Shown one piece after another: positions 9,062-18,226 of a stretch of DNA of 32,000 bases (the first letter of the stretch is position 1; each line of letters starts with the position of its first letter). The DNA is from Synechocystis sp. PCC 6803 substr. PCC-P (GTDB lineage: Bacteria > Cyanobacteriota > Cyanobacteriia > Cyanobacteriales > Microcystaceae), in NCBI RefSeq assembly GCF_000284455.1, contig NC_017039.1:240001-272000 (forward strand). The letters run 5' to 3'. A program made the position numbers and the translations under genes. The notes beneath the pieces were generated by a model. That model made no database searches. It had not been told where the DNA came from and worked only from the letters and a program-made list of their open reading frames with translations.

Positions 9062-10117
9062 ATGGTTAGAGCTATACGTCCTCCCATTGTGCCTACCCTA
9101 AAAAAGACTTGGTGGCAAAAAGGGGTTTTTAGTGCGGAAAATGGATTCGGTCGTTGGTTTCAACGGGTTTTCGGTCGTTACTTCCAGGGAAAAGAGTTAG
9201 TTTCGGAGAGTTCTTTGTTTCTCCATCAGCGGGCCATGGAGGAGGCGGGGATTTTGGGTCGGAATGCGGAAGCCCTCGACAACGAAAAATTTGGCAAGAA
9301 AGAATTCTTAGTATTAGTTCGACTCCGTTACATCCTGGCCAAAAATATCGGTGAATATAAGGGACTTAATAATAGTGTAGAACTACTTCAGGCGGCGATC
9401 GACGCCAAGGACAGCTTCATTACCATAGACCAAGCAGAACATCGTTTCCGGGGAAGCAAGCAACAGGAACTGTATCGTTTTACCGACGATCTGCTTAAAC
9501 GTTTTGAAAACACCAAGCAATTTCGCCAAGAGGTTAATGAGCGCTTCTCCGAGGCAATCCCTAATATCCAAACAGAGGAAGGACGGGTGGCAATGGAGAG
9601 CTATGCTACCCATTTGAATCGACTATCAGAGAAACCTTTGGGTCTGAAACTTCTGTCTCTGTTCAAAGCTTATCATTTGGGAGATTATTCGATTCTTCGT
9701 CAAATTTCTGATTTAGTGCAGGGTCTGAACAAAAGTGATTTGCATGAATATGAAACTCTTGTGCCGCTGGTGAAAAAAAATTATTCAGTTTTTGAAAAAT
9801 TGGGACAAATCATTAGCTTGCCCAGTGAAAAAAGTGAACCGGATACCTTTGCCAAAATGACTCAAATATTAGCCCTGAATTATAAATATCGCCTTTCCTT
9901 TGGACAATTTGAAGACTTGTTGGGCATGATGAAACGTTGGTATCGACCCTATCAAACCATTATCAACATCCGTGAAACCCATCCACCTCAGCAGTATCGA
10001 CAACCAGACCAATTTCAGGATTTGATTGCTGGTGAAAAAGTTTATTTAAAGTATAGAAACTGGCTAACGGATAAAAAATCTGGCATGGTATTTTTAGATT
10101 TTGAAGACGAAGATTGA
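9062..10117 (+). CDS. Uncharacterised protein, paralogous to the next gene
   Basis: 351-aa ORF sharing colinear motifs with 10118-11641: SESSLFLHQRAMEE / SESDLFLYNKALVE; KKEFLVLVRLRYILAKNIGEYKGLNN / SNEFLVFAKIRYSFNNDVGDYQGLKT; FRGSKQQELYRF / CRGTKQQQFYDF; LMGMMKRWYRPYQTIINIRET-like / LVEVLRQWHKPFRAIVNIRQK. Confidence 0.85.
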   Translation: MVRAIRPPIVPTLKKTWWQKGVFSAENGFGRWFQRVFGRYFQGKELVSESSLFLHQRAMEEAGILGRNAEALDNEKFGKKEFLVLVRLRYILAKNIGEYKGLNNSVELLQAAIDAKDSFITIDQAEHRFRGSKQQELYRFTDDLLKRFENTKQFRQEVNERFSEAIPNIQTEEGRVAMESYATHLNRLSEKPLGLKLLSLFKAYHLGDYSILRQISDLVQGLNKSDLHEYETLVPLVKKNYSVFEKLGQIISLPSEKSEPDTFAKMTQILALNYKYRLSFGQFEDLLGMMKRWYRPYQTIINIRETHPPQQYRQPDQFQDLIAGEKVYLKYRNWLTDKKSGMVFLDFEDED

Positions 10118-11641
10118 TTGATTTTTTCGTTTTTTAATTATTCCCTTGCTAATATTATTATGAACTTTTATATTGCTCAAGCTAAGCCTTCGCCTTCTCC
10201 CGAAACTGAGACAGATCAATCATTTTGGGACAGAATCAAGTCTTTACTCAACTTTGCCCAAAACAAGCCTGCAGATAAGATTAATCAACAGTTACAAGAC
10301 CGCTACCATGGCATTATTCCCCCAGAAGAATTACAAGATAAAATCACTGCTGGAGAAAGGGAGGCATTGGCACAACAACTAAGTGAAGGCGGGGAAATGA
10401 ATTTGGATGCCATCCGAACCGAAGGGTCAGGGGCAGAACTAGATGCTAAACTTAACCAGATTGTCGCCATTGGTGGGGAAAATTTAGACGGAAGTGGTAG
10501 TGGTACTTTAAATTTCAGTAGTCCCTATGTTTTTGGCGGTGGATTAGTCGGCTTGCTGGTGTTGGTATGGTGCCTGCAATCTCTGAATACTTGGTCAAAT
10601 TTACGGGAAAAATTGATGGGGGAAGAGGGAGTCTATTATCAAATTTTAGAAAAGTTTGGCAAAGCTAAACCTAAGGTTTCTGAAAGTGATTTATTTCTCT
10701 ATAACAAAGCTTTGGTGGAGTTAGAAAAGCAGGCTAAAAAAGCTATCAGTATTGACAACGACAAATTTAGCAGTAATGAATTTCTTGTTTTTGCTAAAAT
10801 CCGCTATTCATTCAACAATGATGTAGGGGATTACCAAGGCTTAAAAACTTACTTACAAACTTTACAATCCGCTATTAAAGCTCAGGCTAGCTATTTAATT
10901 TTGGGGCAGGTGGAAAGCAGTTGTAGGGGAACGAAACAGCAACAGTTTTATGATTTTTGCCATCAATTACTCCATGATGATCTATCTGGGCAAGAACTGC
11001 GGCTTCAAGTCAAAGAAAAGCTTGAAGAAGTACTCAGTGTTGCTAAAACTGATGTAGGAAAAGCTAACTTAGAAAAGTATGCAGATGAAATTGGGAGGCT
11101 AGCAGATGATCCCCAGGCGATCGCCATTATGAATCGGTTTAAGGGAGAGCAAGAGGACGATTACGCCACAATGAAAAAGGTGGTAGATATTATCGGTTGT
11201 TTCAATCAGGAAGAAGTTAGTGATCGTCGTATTGTTATGCACACGACCATGGAACATTACGACGATTTTGAACACCTAGCAGACATTATTGACTTGCCAG
11301 AAGGAAAGCGGAGTCCTGATACCTATTCTCGTCTGTTACAGTATCTAGCCCTAGAACAGCGTCACCAATGGTCTTTTCTGCAATTTCAAAATTTGGTGGA
11401 GGTTTTACGACAATGGCACAAGCCCTTCCGGGCAATTGTCAATATTCGTCAAAAATACCCTGGGACAGAATTCCGTCGACCAGCAATTTTTAAGGAACCC
11501 ATTGCCGGTTTAACTTTGTACGAAAAGCATCGCAATGCCTTGATGGATAATAAGACCGGCCACAGTTTTATTGCTTTTGAAGATGAAGGGGATGACTCAG
11601 AAGATTTGACCGCAATCCCCATAGCGCCAATTCCTTCTTAG
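10118..11641 (+). CDS. Uncharacterised membrane-anchored protein, paralogous to the upstream gene
   Basis: 507-aa ORF; N-terminal signal-like stretch, Ser/Pro/Glu-rich linker, TM segment (YVFGGGLVGLLVLVWCLQSL) and a C-terminal domain homologous to the 9062 gene. The track start is TTG 10118; ATG 10160 is an alternative. Confidence 0.82.
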   Translation: MIFSFFNYSLANIIMNFYIAQAKPSPSPETETDQSFWDRIKSLLNFAQNKPADKINQQLQDRYHGIIPPEELQDKITAGEREALAQQLSEGGEMNLDAIRTEGSGAELDAKLNQIVAIGGENLDGSGSGTLNFSSPYVFGGGLVGLLVLVWCLQSLNTWSNLREKLMGEEGVYYQILEKFGKAKPKVSESDLFLYNKALVELEKQAKKAISIDNDKFSSNEFLVFAKIRYSFNNDVGDYQGLKTYLQTLQSAIKAQASYLILGQVESSCRGTKQQQFYDFCHQLLHDDLSGQELRLQVKEKLEEVLSVAKTDVGKANLEKYADEIGRLADDPQAIAIMNRFKGEQEDDYATMKKVVDIIGCFNQEEVSDRRIVMHTTMEHYDDFEHLADIIDLPEGKRSPDTYSRLLQYLALEQRHQWSFLQFQNLVEVLRQWHKPFRAIVNIRQKYPGTEFRRPAIFKEPIAGLTLYEKHRNALMDNKTGHSFIAFEDEGDDSEDLTAIPIAPIPS

Positions 11642-11665
11642 AATGTGTTTGGAAAGTTTTATTCT

Positions 11666-11734
11666 GCCCCCTAAATTCCCCAATAATGGGGGACTTGCAC
11701 TCAGTTTCCCCCCAAATTTGGGGGCCAGGGGGGC
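11666..11734. repeat. GC-rich nested inverted repeat / possible bidirectional terminator between convergent genes
   Basis: Sequence gccccctaaattccccaataatgggggacttgcactcagtttccccccaaatttgggggccaggggggc; contains the perfect palindrome CCCCCAAATTTGGGGG at 11709-11724 plus outer C-run/G-run arms. Confidence 0.6.
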
Positions 11735-11757
11735 TTTTCAAACAGGCTCTTAGGCCA

Positions 11758-13116
11758 TTAGGCGATCGCCCGGTTGCGTCCTTGGGATTTAGCACTGTAT
11801 AAAGCCTGATCTGCTTCACTAATAATTCTTTCAATGGTGTCTTCCGGCATGGGAATTATACTACTAACACCAATGCTAATAGTCACATATTTACTGACTG
11901 AAGAACCTTCATGGGGAATGGCCAAAGCGGCGATCGCCTGGAGCATATTTTCCGCCATGGCTAAAGCATCTTGCCGATTTGTATTAGGTAAAACTATGAC
12001 AAATTCCTCGCCGCCGTAACGGGCTACTAAATCAGTAATGCGTTTAGCAATATCCACCAAAGTATTGGCTACTTTTTGCAAACAATCATCCCCCTTTTGG
12101 TGACCATAGAGATCATTATAAGCTTTGAAATAATCAATATCGACCAAAATCAAAGACAATGGTTTTTGTTCCCGGCAATGTCTTTGCCATTCCTGGGCTA
12201 AATACTCATCAAAGCGACGGCGGTTAGCAATGTGAGTTAAACCATCAATATTGGCTAATAGTTGCAACTGCTGATTTGCCGCTTGTAATTCCAATTCCAT
12301 CCTTTTTCGATCAGTAATATCTCGCACCGTGACAGCAAAACCATCCCCTAATTTAACTGCTACAAAATGATACCAATCAGAATTAGCAATGGGAAAATAA
12401 ATATCTTGGGTTAAAAAAGTACCCGTCTCGACCAAATTAACAAACTGGTCAAAAAGTTGGGGATCTAGGCGTTGTAAAAAACGCTTCAGTAATACCCGAC
12501 CAATTAAATCTTCCCGACTCCGATTAAAAGCTTTGGAAAGAATGGGATTAATTACTAAACAACGAAAATCTTCAATATCTCCCGTTTGGGGATTACGCAC
12601 CGCTTGCATGGCCGCAATGCCATCTAAAGCAGAATTTAAAACACTGGAAAGTAGGGCCCTCGATTGGTAGAGGACTTCTTCTGCTTCCCGGCGTTTTCTT
12701 ACTTCTCTTTTGAGGGCAATCCGTTGCCTTTGAATGGTAAACTGACCCTCTATGCGAGCCACCACTTCTTCAATTTGAAAAGGTTTGGTGATGTAGTCTA
12801 CTCCACCACATTCAAAAGCTTTAACCTTATCAAAAGTATCCCCTAGGGCACTAATAAAAATGATGGGGATATCCTGTAATTCTTCTTCTTTTTTAATCAT
12901 TTCACAGACTTGATACCCGTCCATATCTGGCATTTTAATATCAAGTAAAATCAAGTCTGGACGTTTGACTTGTAAGGTTCTAAGGGCCATTTTGCCACTG
13001 GTAACACTCCGCACCGTGTAGCCCAAATTTATTAGTAAATCACTCAACAATTGTAGGTTGTTGGGTAGGTCATCTACCAACAGGATATTTCCTTTTTTTT
13101 CATCGGTATTTTCCAT
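11758..13116 (-). CDS. Response regulator with REC, PAS-like and GGDEF domains (predicted diguanylate cyclase)
   Basis: REC (LLVDDLPNNLQLLSDLL...LILLDIKMPDMDGYQVC...TKPF), PAS-like middle region, GGDEF domain with VARYGGEEFVIVLPNT and upstream RITD. Confidence 0.93.
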   Translation of the reverse strand: MENTDEKKGNILLVDDLPNNLQLLSDLLINLGYTVRSVTSGKMALRTLQVKRPDLILLDIKMPDMDGYQVCEMIKKEEELQDIPIIFISALGDTFDKVKAFECGGVDYITKPFQIEEVVARIEGQFTIQRQRIALKREVRKRREAEEVLYQSRALLSSVLNSALDGIAAMQAVRNPQTGDIEDFRCLVINPILSKAFNRSREDLIGRVLLKRFLQRLDPQLFDQFVNLVETGTFLTQDIYFPIANSDWYHFVAVKLGDGFAVTVRDITDRKRMELELQAANQQLQLLANIDGLTHIANRRRFDEYLAQEWQRHCREQKPLSLILVDIDYFKAYNDLYGHQKGDDCLQKVANTLVDIAKRITDLVARYGGEEFVIVLPNTNRQDALAMAENMLQAIAALAIPHEGSSVSKYVTISIGVSSIIPMPEDTIERIISEADQALYSAKSQGRNRAIA

Positions 13117-13124
13117 AATAATTA

Positions 13125-15629
13125 CTATGATAGCGGCTCAATTAAATCAAGAATTTTTTCAAATTCAAATCTACGTACTAATTTAGTTAGATTTTGCTCC
13201 AATTCTGACTCTGAAGCTGGAATTTCTGCTATCAATTTCATTACCTGCTCAGTGTCAGCTTCTAAAAGATAATGGGATAACTGAGTCAACCAATCCTGGG
13301 ACATAATTAGAAAACTTTCTGGCTTCAGTGCGGTGTCTTCATGATTATCGTTCTTGTTTGGGGCTGACTCATAAACATATGTTACTCCTAAATGTTTGGT
13401 CAAGGAGTCAAAAATGGTGTTCTCCCGGAATGGCTTACGGAGAAAATCATCGCATCCCGCCGACAGTACGATCGCCTTTTCTTCCTCTAGCACACTGGCC
13501 GTTAGGGCCACCACCGCCGTTGCATTGCCTTTGACCTGACCCTTAATGTATTTAGTTGCTTCATAGCCGTCCATCACGGGCATTCTCATGTCCATAAAGA
13601 TTAAATGGGGCTCCCAGCTTTCCCACAGGGCGATCGCCTCCTGGCCGTTACTAGCTTCTTCGATCTCAAAACCAAAGGGAGCGAGGAGTTTAATTAGTAA
13701 TTGACGATTCACACTTTTATCATCCACCACCAGAATTTTATAGACAGGTTGTCCTGGGGTGAGGGCAAGAACTTTTTTCGCAGAGTTGGGTTCCCGACTC
13801 AAAGTTATTTCCCCCAAATCAACTAAAATCGAAAAGCTAAAGGTGGTCCCCTGGTCAACCACACTACTAACGTTAATATCTCCCCCCATTAACTTAATAA
13901 ACTGACGGGTAATTGCGAGGCCTAATCCGGTGCCTTCCTGGGCATTACGACCAGATTCTGTTTGGGAAAAAGCTTCAAATAAGTGACTCAACTCCACTTC
14001 ACTAATTCCTTTACCCGTATCTTTAATTGTGAAGTCTAACCAATATTTATTTTTAGGCTCCGTTGATGTTTCTGGGTTAATCACTTCCTGTTGTTCTGCA
14101 TTTCTAAAGTTGCTAGTTAGGACTACTTCTCCCTCCGTTGTAAATTTAATCGCGTTACTGAGAAGATTTAGCAAAATTTGTCTGAGCTTAATTTCATCGC
14201 CGTAAACGTATCTCGGTAAATCATGATCTCGAATAAAAATCAGCTCGATACCTTCATTGGCCGCCTTGAGATGCAACATATCTTCTAAATCATCCAGAAG
14301 AAGATAAAGATCAAAATTATGGCGATTTAAATGGGTTTTACCAGCTTCAATCTTAGAAAAATCAAGAATATTATTGATTAAATTTAATAAATATTCCCCG
14401 CTACGTTGAATAATGCCAGCATTTTCATACTGCTCCATTGGTAGATTTTTGGTACGCAGCATCAGCTGGGAAAAACCAATAATAGCATTGAGAGGAGAGC
14501 GCAGTTCATGGCTCATATTAGCCACAAATGTGCTTTTAGCCTTAGCCTCACTTTCAGCTATTTCTTTTGCCCTCACTAGGTCAACCTGTTTTTGTAAGGA
14601 TTCATTGTATTCTATGAGAATTTTTTCCCTTTGAGCTCTTTCTAATTCCCTTTGTTGATAGAGTTCCTGGAGCTTTTGATTTTGTTCTATTAATATCTGA
14701 TTGGTCGTAAACAATTGATTTTTCGATCTTTCATTTTCACTGAGGACGGCATTTAAAACTAGGGTTGTCATACTGATGCAAGCTAAAATTGATTGCAATA
14801 ATAAAAGTTGATCTTTGATAGCTGCTTTTTCTTGGTCTAGGGCAAGAATTAACACCAACAGGGCAGAAACTACAATTGTCAACAGAGAAGATCCAACTTC
14901 AGTGAAGCGAAAGGCTGACCAAAGTAAAAAAGGAATCAGTAGATACTCAATGGGATAACCGTTGGCAATAATTTTAACAATTAATAAAATAAAAAAAATA
15001 ATGCTAGCCGCTTCGAGCCATTGTTCTTGTAGTAGTTTAATAAATACTTTAAAATTATGATTACAAGCAATGATAAAGGGAGTAACAATCAAGAGGGCAA
15101 AAGCATCACTCAACAACCAAGTATAGGCAATTTCAGAATATAAGCCGAAAGAAATTTTCTCAAATAAATATAATAAAAATGGACAAATGATTGCAGCGGG
15201 AAGACGACTACCAAAGCAAACAAAAACAATAAATCTAATAATATTCTTAATTTTAGAAAATAGATAATTATTGGCTGTAAGAATGTCACTAAGATAGACT
15301 GAAAAAAGATTGACTAAACTGACTACCCCAGTGATCGCCACCGTTAGTATGAAATTAGCAGCACTTTCCAAACCGTGGAGAGCCATAATTTCTCCCAGTA
15401 ATAATCCCCCAACCATACCCGGCCAGACTTGGTAACCCCAAATAGATAAAAAGCCTACAGCCATACCCGTAGGAATCCAAATGGGCGATGAAGCGGTGCC
15501 CGCATAGGTAATAAATAATTGGGAAATATAGATAGTTCCATAGATGGCGATCGCCACTATAATTTGCCTTTGCCAAGACACTGATCGAAAATCAGCCAAA
15601 CCTTTGAAAACATGGTTATTGATTTGCAT
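13125..15629 (-). CDS. hik12: Hybrid sensor histidine kinase: MASE1-like membrane sensor, HisKA, HATPase_c, REC (Hik12-like)
   Basis: MASE1-like N-terminus (SSPIWIPTGMAVGFLSIWGYQVWPGMVGGLLLGEIMA), H-box FVANMSHELRSPLNAIIGFSQLM, N/G boxes (NLLSNAIKFT, DTGKGISE, GTGLGLAI), C-terminal REC (ILVVDDKSVNR...PHLIFMDMRMPVMDGYEAT). Symbol from recollection of PCC 6803 sll1672. Confidence 0.93.
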   Translation of the reverse strand: MQINNHVFKGLADFRSVSWQRQIIVAIAIYGTIYISQLFITYAGTASSPIWIPTGMAVGFLSIWGYQVWPGMVGGLLLGEIMALHGLESAANFILTVAITGVVSLVNLFSVYLSDILTANNYLFSKIKNIIRFIVFVCFGSRLPAAIICPFLLYLFEKISFGLYSEIAYTWLLSDAFALLIVTPFIIACNHNFKVFIKLLQEQWLEAASIIFFILLIVKIIANGYPIEYLLIPFLLWSAFRFTEVGSSLLTIVVSALLVLILALDQEKAAIKDQLLLLQSILACISMTTLVLNAVLSENERSKNQLFTTNQILIEQNQKLQELYQQRELERAQREKILIEYNESLQKQVDLVRAKEIAESEAKAKSTFVANMSHELRSPLNAIIGFSQLMLRTKNLPMEQYENAGIIQRSGEYLLNLINNILDFSKIEAGKTHLNRHNFDLYLLLDDLEDMLHLKAANEGIELIFIRDHDLPRYVYGDEIKLRQILLNLLSNAIKFTTEGEVVLTSNFRNAEQQEVINPETSTEPKNKYWLDFTIKDTGKGISEVELSHLFEAFSQTESGRNAQEGTGLGLAITRQFIKLMGGDINVSSVVDQGTTFSFSILVDLGEITLSREPNSAKKVLALTPGQPVYKILVVDDKSVNRQLLIKLLAPFGFEIEEASNGQEAIALWESWEPHLIFMDMRMPVMDGYEATKYIKGQVKGNATAVVALTASVLEEEKAIVLSAGCDDFLRKPFRENTIFDSLTKHLGVTYVYESAPNKNDNHEDTALKPESFLIMSQDWLTQLSHYLLEADTEQVMKLIAEIPASESELEQNLTKLVRRFEFEKILDLIEPLS

Positions 15630-15822
15630 TTTATCTTCTATTTTTTATAGAAAAAATACTTAAATCACGGTCTGAGATGACAATAAATTATCCTAATTTT
15701 CCAGAGAGACTCTAAACAATTTAAATAAACTTAAGCTTAGTTTTGATTTCAATTTGACAACAGAAGGAGATTGTAAACCCCTCTTTTTGCCCAGAAGCGG
15801 GCTTTGGCATTGGCTCCCCACC

Positions 15823-16359
15823 CTAATGAGTTGGTTCAATGGTTTTACCCATGGCAAATCGACGTAAATTTTCTCCCCCTATGGTAACGGTTTCTTCCGC
15901 TATGACCACAAAGCCCCTGGACTCGAAAAAGGGCCGGGCTACCATACTTGCTTTAGTCTCAAGTTCCCTTACCCCGTCAGCGATGGCCAACTGCTCTACT
16001 GCTTGCATCAATATGGTGGCAATGCCCAGGCGGGTAAAGGCTGGATGGACAAAAAGCAGGTCCACCAATCCAGCGCCATTGTAGCCAATAAAGCCAATGA
16101 TGGTTTCTCCTTGCTCAGCCACCAACACCACCATGGATTCCAGGCGATCGCCCCACCGCTGTAAGTCTGGTTCGGATGGGGCCCAAGCACTTAGTTGGGC
16201 TGGGGAATAATATTTAATACCTAACTGATGGACAGCTTCAGTGAAAATTTGAATGATATTGTTTAAATCCGAGGGACGATATGGGCGTAGATGGATGGTG
16301 TTCACTTTGGCTACCTTGGGACGAAAGTTGCCAATCTTTGGCTGAGAAATATTTTGCAA
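15823..16359 (-). CDS. GNAT-family N-acetyltransferase
   Basis: IHLRPYRPSDLNNIIQIFTEAV..., IGYNGAGLVDLLFVHPAFTRLGIATILMQAVEQLA, ASMVARPFFESRGFVVIAEETV. A start near 16300 (VNTIHLRPYRP) is equally plausible. Confidence 0.88.
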   Translation of the reverse strand: MQNISQPKIGNFRPKVAKVNTIHLRPYRPSDLNNIIQIFTEAVHQLGIKYYSPAQLSAWAPSEPDLQRWGDRLESMVVLVAEQGETIIGFIGYNGAGLVDLLFVHPAFTRLGIATILMQAVEQLAIADGVRELETKASMVARPFFESRGFVVIAEETVTIGGENLRRFAMGKTIEPTH

Positions 16360-16697
16360 TGTAAAGTTAAAAAGCAGAGGGGGTCAGCACCATGGTTAAA
16401 ATTTCCGATATCTTGGTCGTTTTAATTGCTTTCCTTGGAACTTGCTTGTAATGTAACCAGTTTTAATACACTCCCTTGGTTTTCACCATTGCCAATGCAG
16501 AGATTTGGAGGGTTAAACCAAGTCCCCTAGGGTCTGGGAACAGGACTTTGCATTTGAATCGGACAGTGCAAAATGATTTGGGACTGGGCAAGGCGATATA
16601 ATGGCCCCCTTGGGTATGAGCTGATGACCCACCCTGTTCCTGGGAAATGCCCAAGCGCGAGTATTTCTCCCTCCCTTGTCCACTGTCAACGTTTACC

Positions 16698-17279
16698 ATG
16701 GCCTACTACTGGTTTAAAGCCTTCCACTTGATTGGCATTGTTGTTTGGTTTGCTGGATTATTTTATTTAGTGCGTCTTTTTGTCTATCACGCCGAGGCAG
16801 ACCAGGAGCCGGAACCAGCTAAAACTATCCTCAAAAAACAGTATGAGTTGATGGAAAAGCGGCTTTACAACATCATCACTACCCCCGGCATGGTAGTTAC
16901 GGTGGCTATGGCGATCGGTCTCATTTTCACAGAACCCGAAATTCTCAAATCCGGCTGGCTCCACATCAAACTCACCTTTGTGGCGTTACTGTTGCTTTAC
17001 CATTTCTATTGTGGTCGGGTGATGAAAAAGCTAGCCCAGGGGGAATCCCAATGGAGTGGGCAACAGTTCCGGGCTTTAAATGAGGCACCGACTATTTTGC
17101 TCGTGGTGATTGTCCTACTGGCGGTGTTTAAGAATAATTTGCCCCTGGATGCGACCACTTGGTTAATTGTAGCTTTGGTTATTGCCATGGCTGCTTCGAT
17201 TCAACTCTACGCTAAAAAACGTCGCCGGGACCAAGCACTATTAACGGAACAGCAAAAAGCGGCTTCTGCTCAGAATTAG
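16698..17279 (+). CDS. hemJ: HemJ-type protoporphyrinogen IX oxidase
   Basis: 193-aa membrane protein MAYYWFKAFHLIGIVVWFAGLFYLVRLFVYHAEA..., LKSGWLHIKLTFVALLLLYHFYC. ATG 16698 fits the family better than track start 16647. Confidence 0.95.
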   Translation: MAYYWFKAFHLIGIVVWFAGLFYLVRLFVYHAEADQEPEPAKTILKKQYELMEKRLYNIITTPGMVVTVAMAIGLIFTEPEILKSGWLHIKLTFVALLLLYHFYCGRVMKKLAQGESQWSGQQFRALNEAPTILLVVIVLLAVFKNNLPLDATTWLIVALVIAMAASIQLYAKKRRRDQALLTEQQKAASAQN

Positions 17280-17425
17280 CTGCTAACGTTGCTGACATGG
17301 TGACTGCAACTACCTACAACCAAGAGAAGTTGAGTTTAAGCTAGGCTTCATGCTTACTCCCTAACTCTGTCGCCACTTTAATCTGTTACCTATACTCTTA
17401 CATAAATATTTTCCATCACCCACTG

Positions 17426-18175
17426 ATGTCCCATACTCTGACTAAGCTCGATCTACCCACCTTACAAACGGAGCTGGAAAATGCCACCGCCCAACAGATC
17501 ATTACCTGGGCGGCCCAAACCTTTGGCCCTGGCTTGGTGATGAGTACTAGTTTTGGCATTCAGGCGGCGGTGATGCTCCATTTAGTGACTAGCATTGTGC
17601 CCAATATTCCTGTTATCTGGATTGACACGGGCTATTTACCGCTGGAAACCTATCAATTTGCGGATCAGTTGACCGGACGGCTACAGCTAAATTTAAAGGT
17701 TTACCAATCTCCCCTCAGCCCAGCTCGCATGGAAGCTCTGTACGGCAAGCTCTGGCAACAAAAAGACGTGGAATCCCTCAACCGTTATGATCAAATCCGC
17801 AAAGTTGAACCGATGCAGAGGGCATTAAAAGAACTAGAGGCGATCGCCTGGTTGACGGGGTTAAGGAGGGATCAAACTCGGCACCGCCAGAATTTGAAAC
17901 CAGTGGATCTCCAGGGTAATCAGTATAAAGTTCTCCCCATTTTGGACTGGAATTCTAAGATGGTTTACGAATATCTCACCGCCCACGATTTACCCTACCA
18001 TCCGTTTTTTGACCAGGGTTACGTCTCTGTGGGGGATTGGCATTCTAGCCGGCCCCTGATGGCCCACGATGAAGATGAAAGGGATACCCGTTTCCACGGC
18101 CTCAAACAGGAATGTGGTTTACATTTACCCCTGTCCCCGGAAGCTGGCCAGAGTTTGGATTCCAGTGCTTTGTAG
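17426..18175 (+). CDS. cysH: Phosphoadenosine phosphosulfate reductase
   Basis: [83 protein letters not shown] motif. Confidence 0.93.
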   Translation: MSHTLTKLDLPTLQTELENATAQQIITWAAQTFGPGLVMSTSFGIQAAVMLHLVTSIVPNIPVIWIDTGYLPLETYQFADQLTGRLQLNLKVYQSPLSPARMEALYGKLWQQKDVESLNRYDQIRKVEPMQRALKELEAIAWLTGLRRDQTRHRQNLKPVDLQGNQYKVLPILDWNSKMVYEYLTAHDLPYHPFFDQGYVSVGDWHSSRPLMAHDEDERDTRFHGLKQECGLHLPLSPEAGQSLDSSAL

Positions 18176-18226
18176 GGCAGTCAATGGCACTCGAAAGCTC
18201 TACTAACCTGTTGCCTGGAGAGAGGC

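Noticed and set aside
9062-11641. Possibility that the paralog pair is one gene broken by a nonsense mutation
   Set aside because: The first protein ends at the same place in the shared domain (…FEDED) as the second (…FEDEGDD…), and the second begins with its own signal-like region, so two genes are more likely. Kept only as a testable alternative in the findings.
16463-16699. 78-aa minus ORF upstream of hemJ
   Set aside because: Low-plausibility composition, no recognised domain, and it overlaps the probable promoter/start of hemJ.
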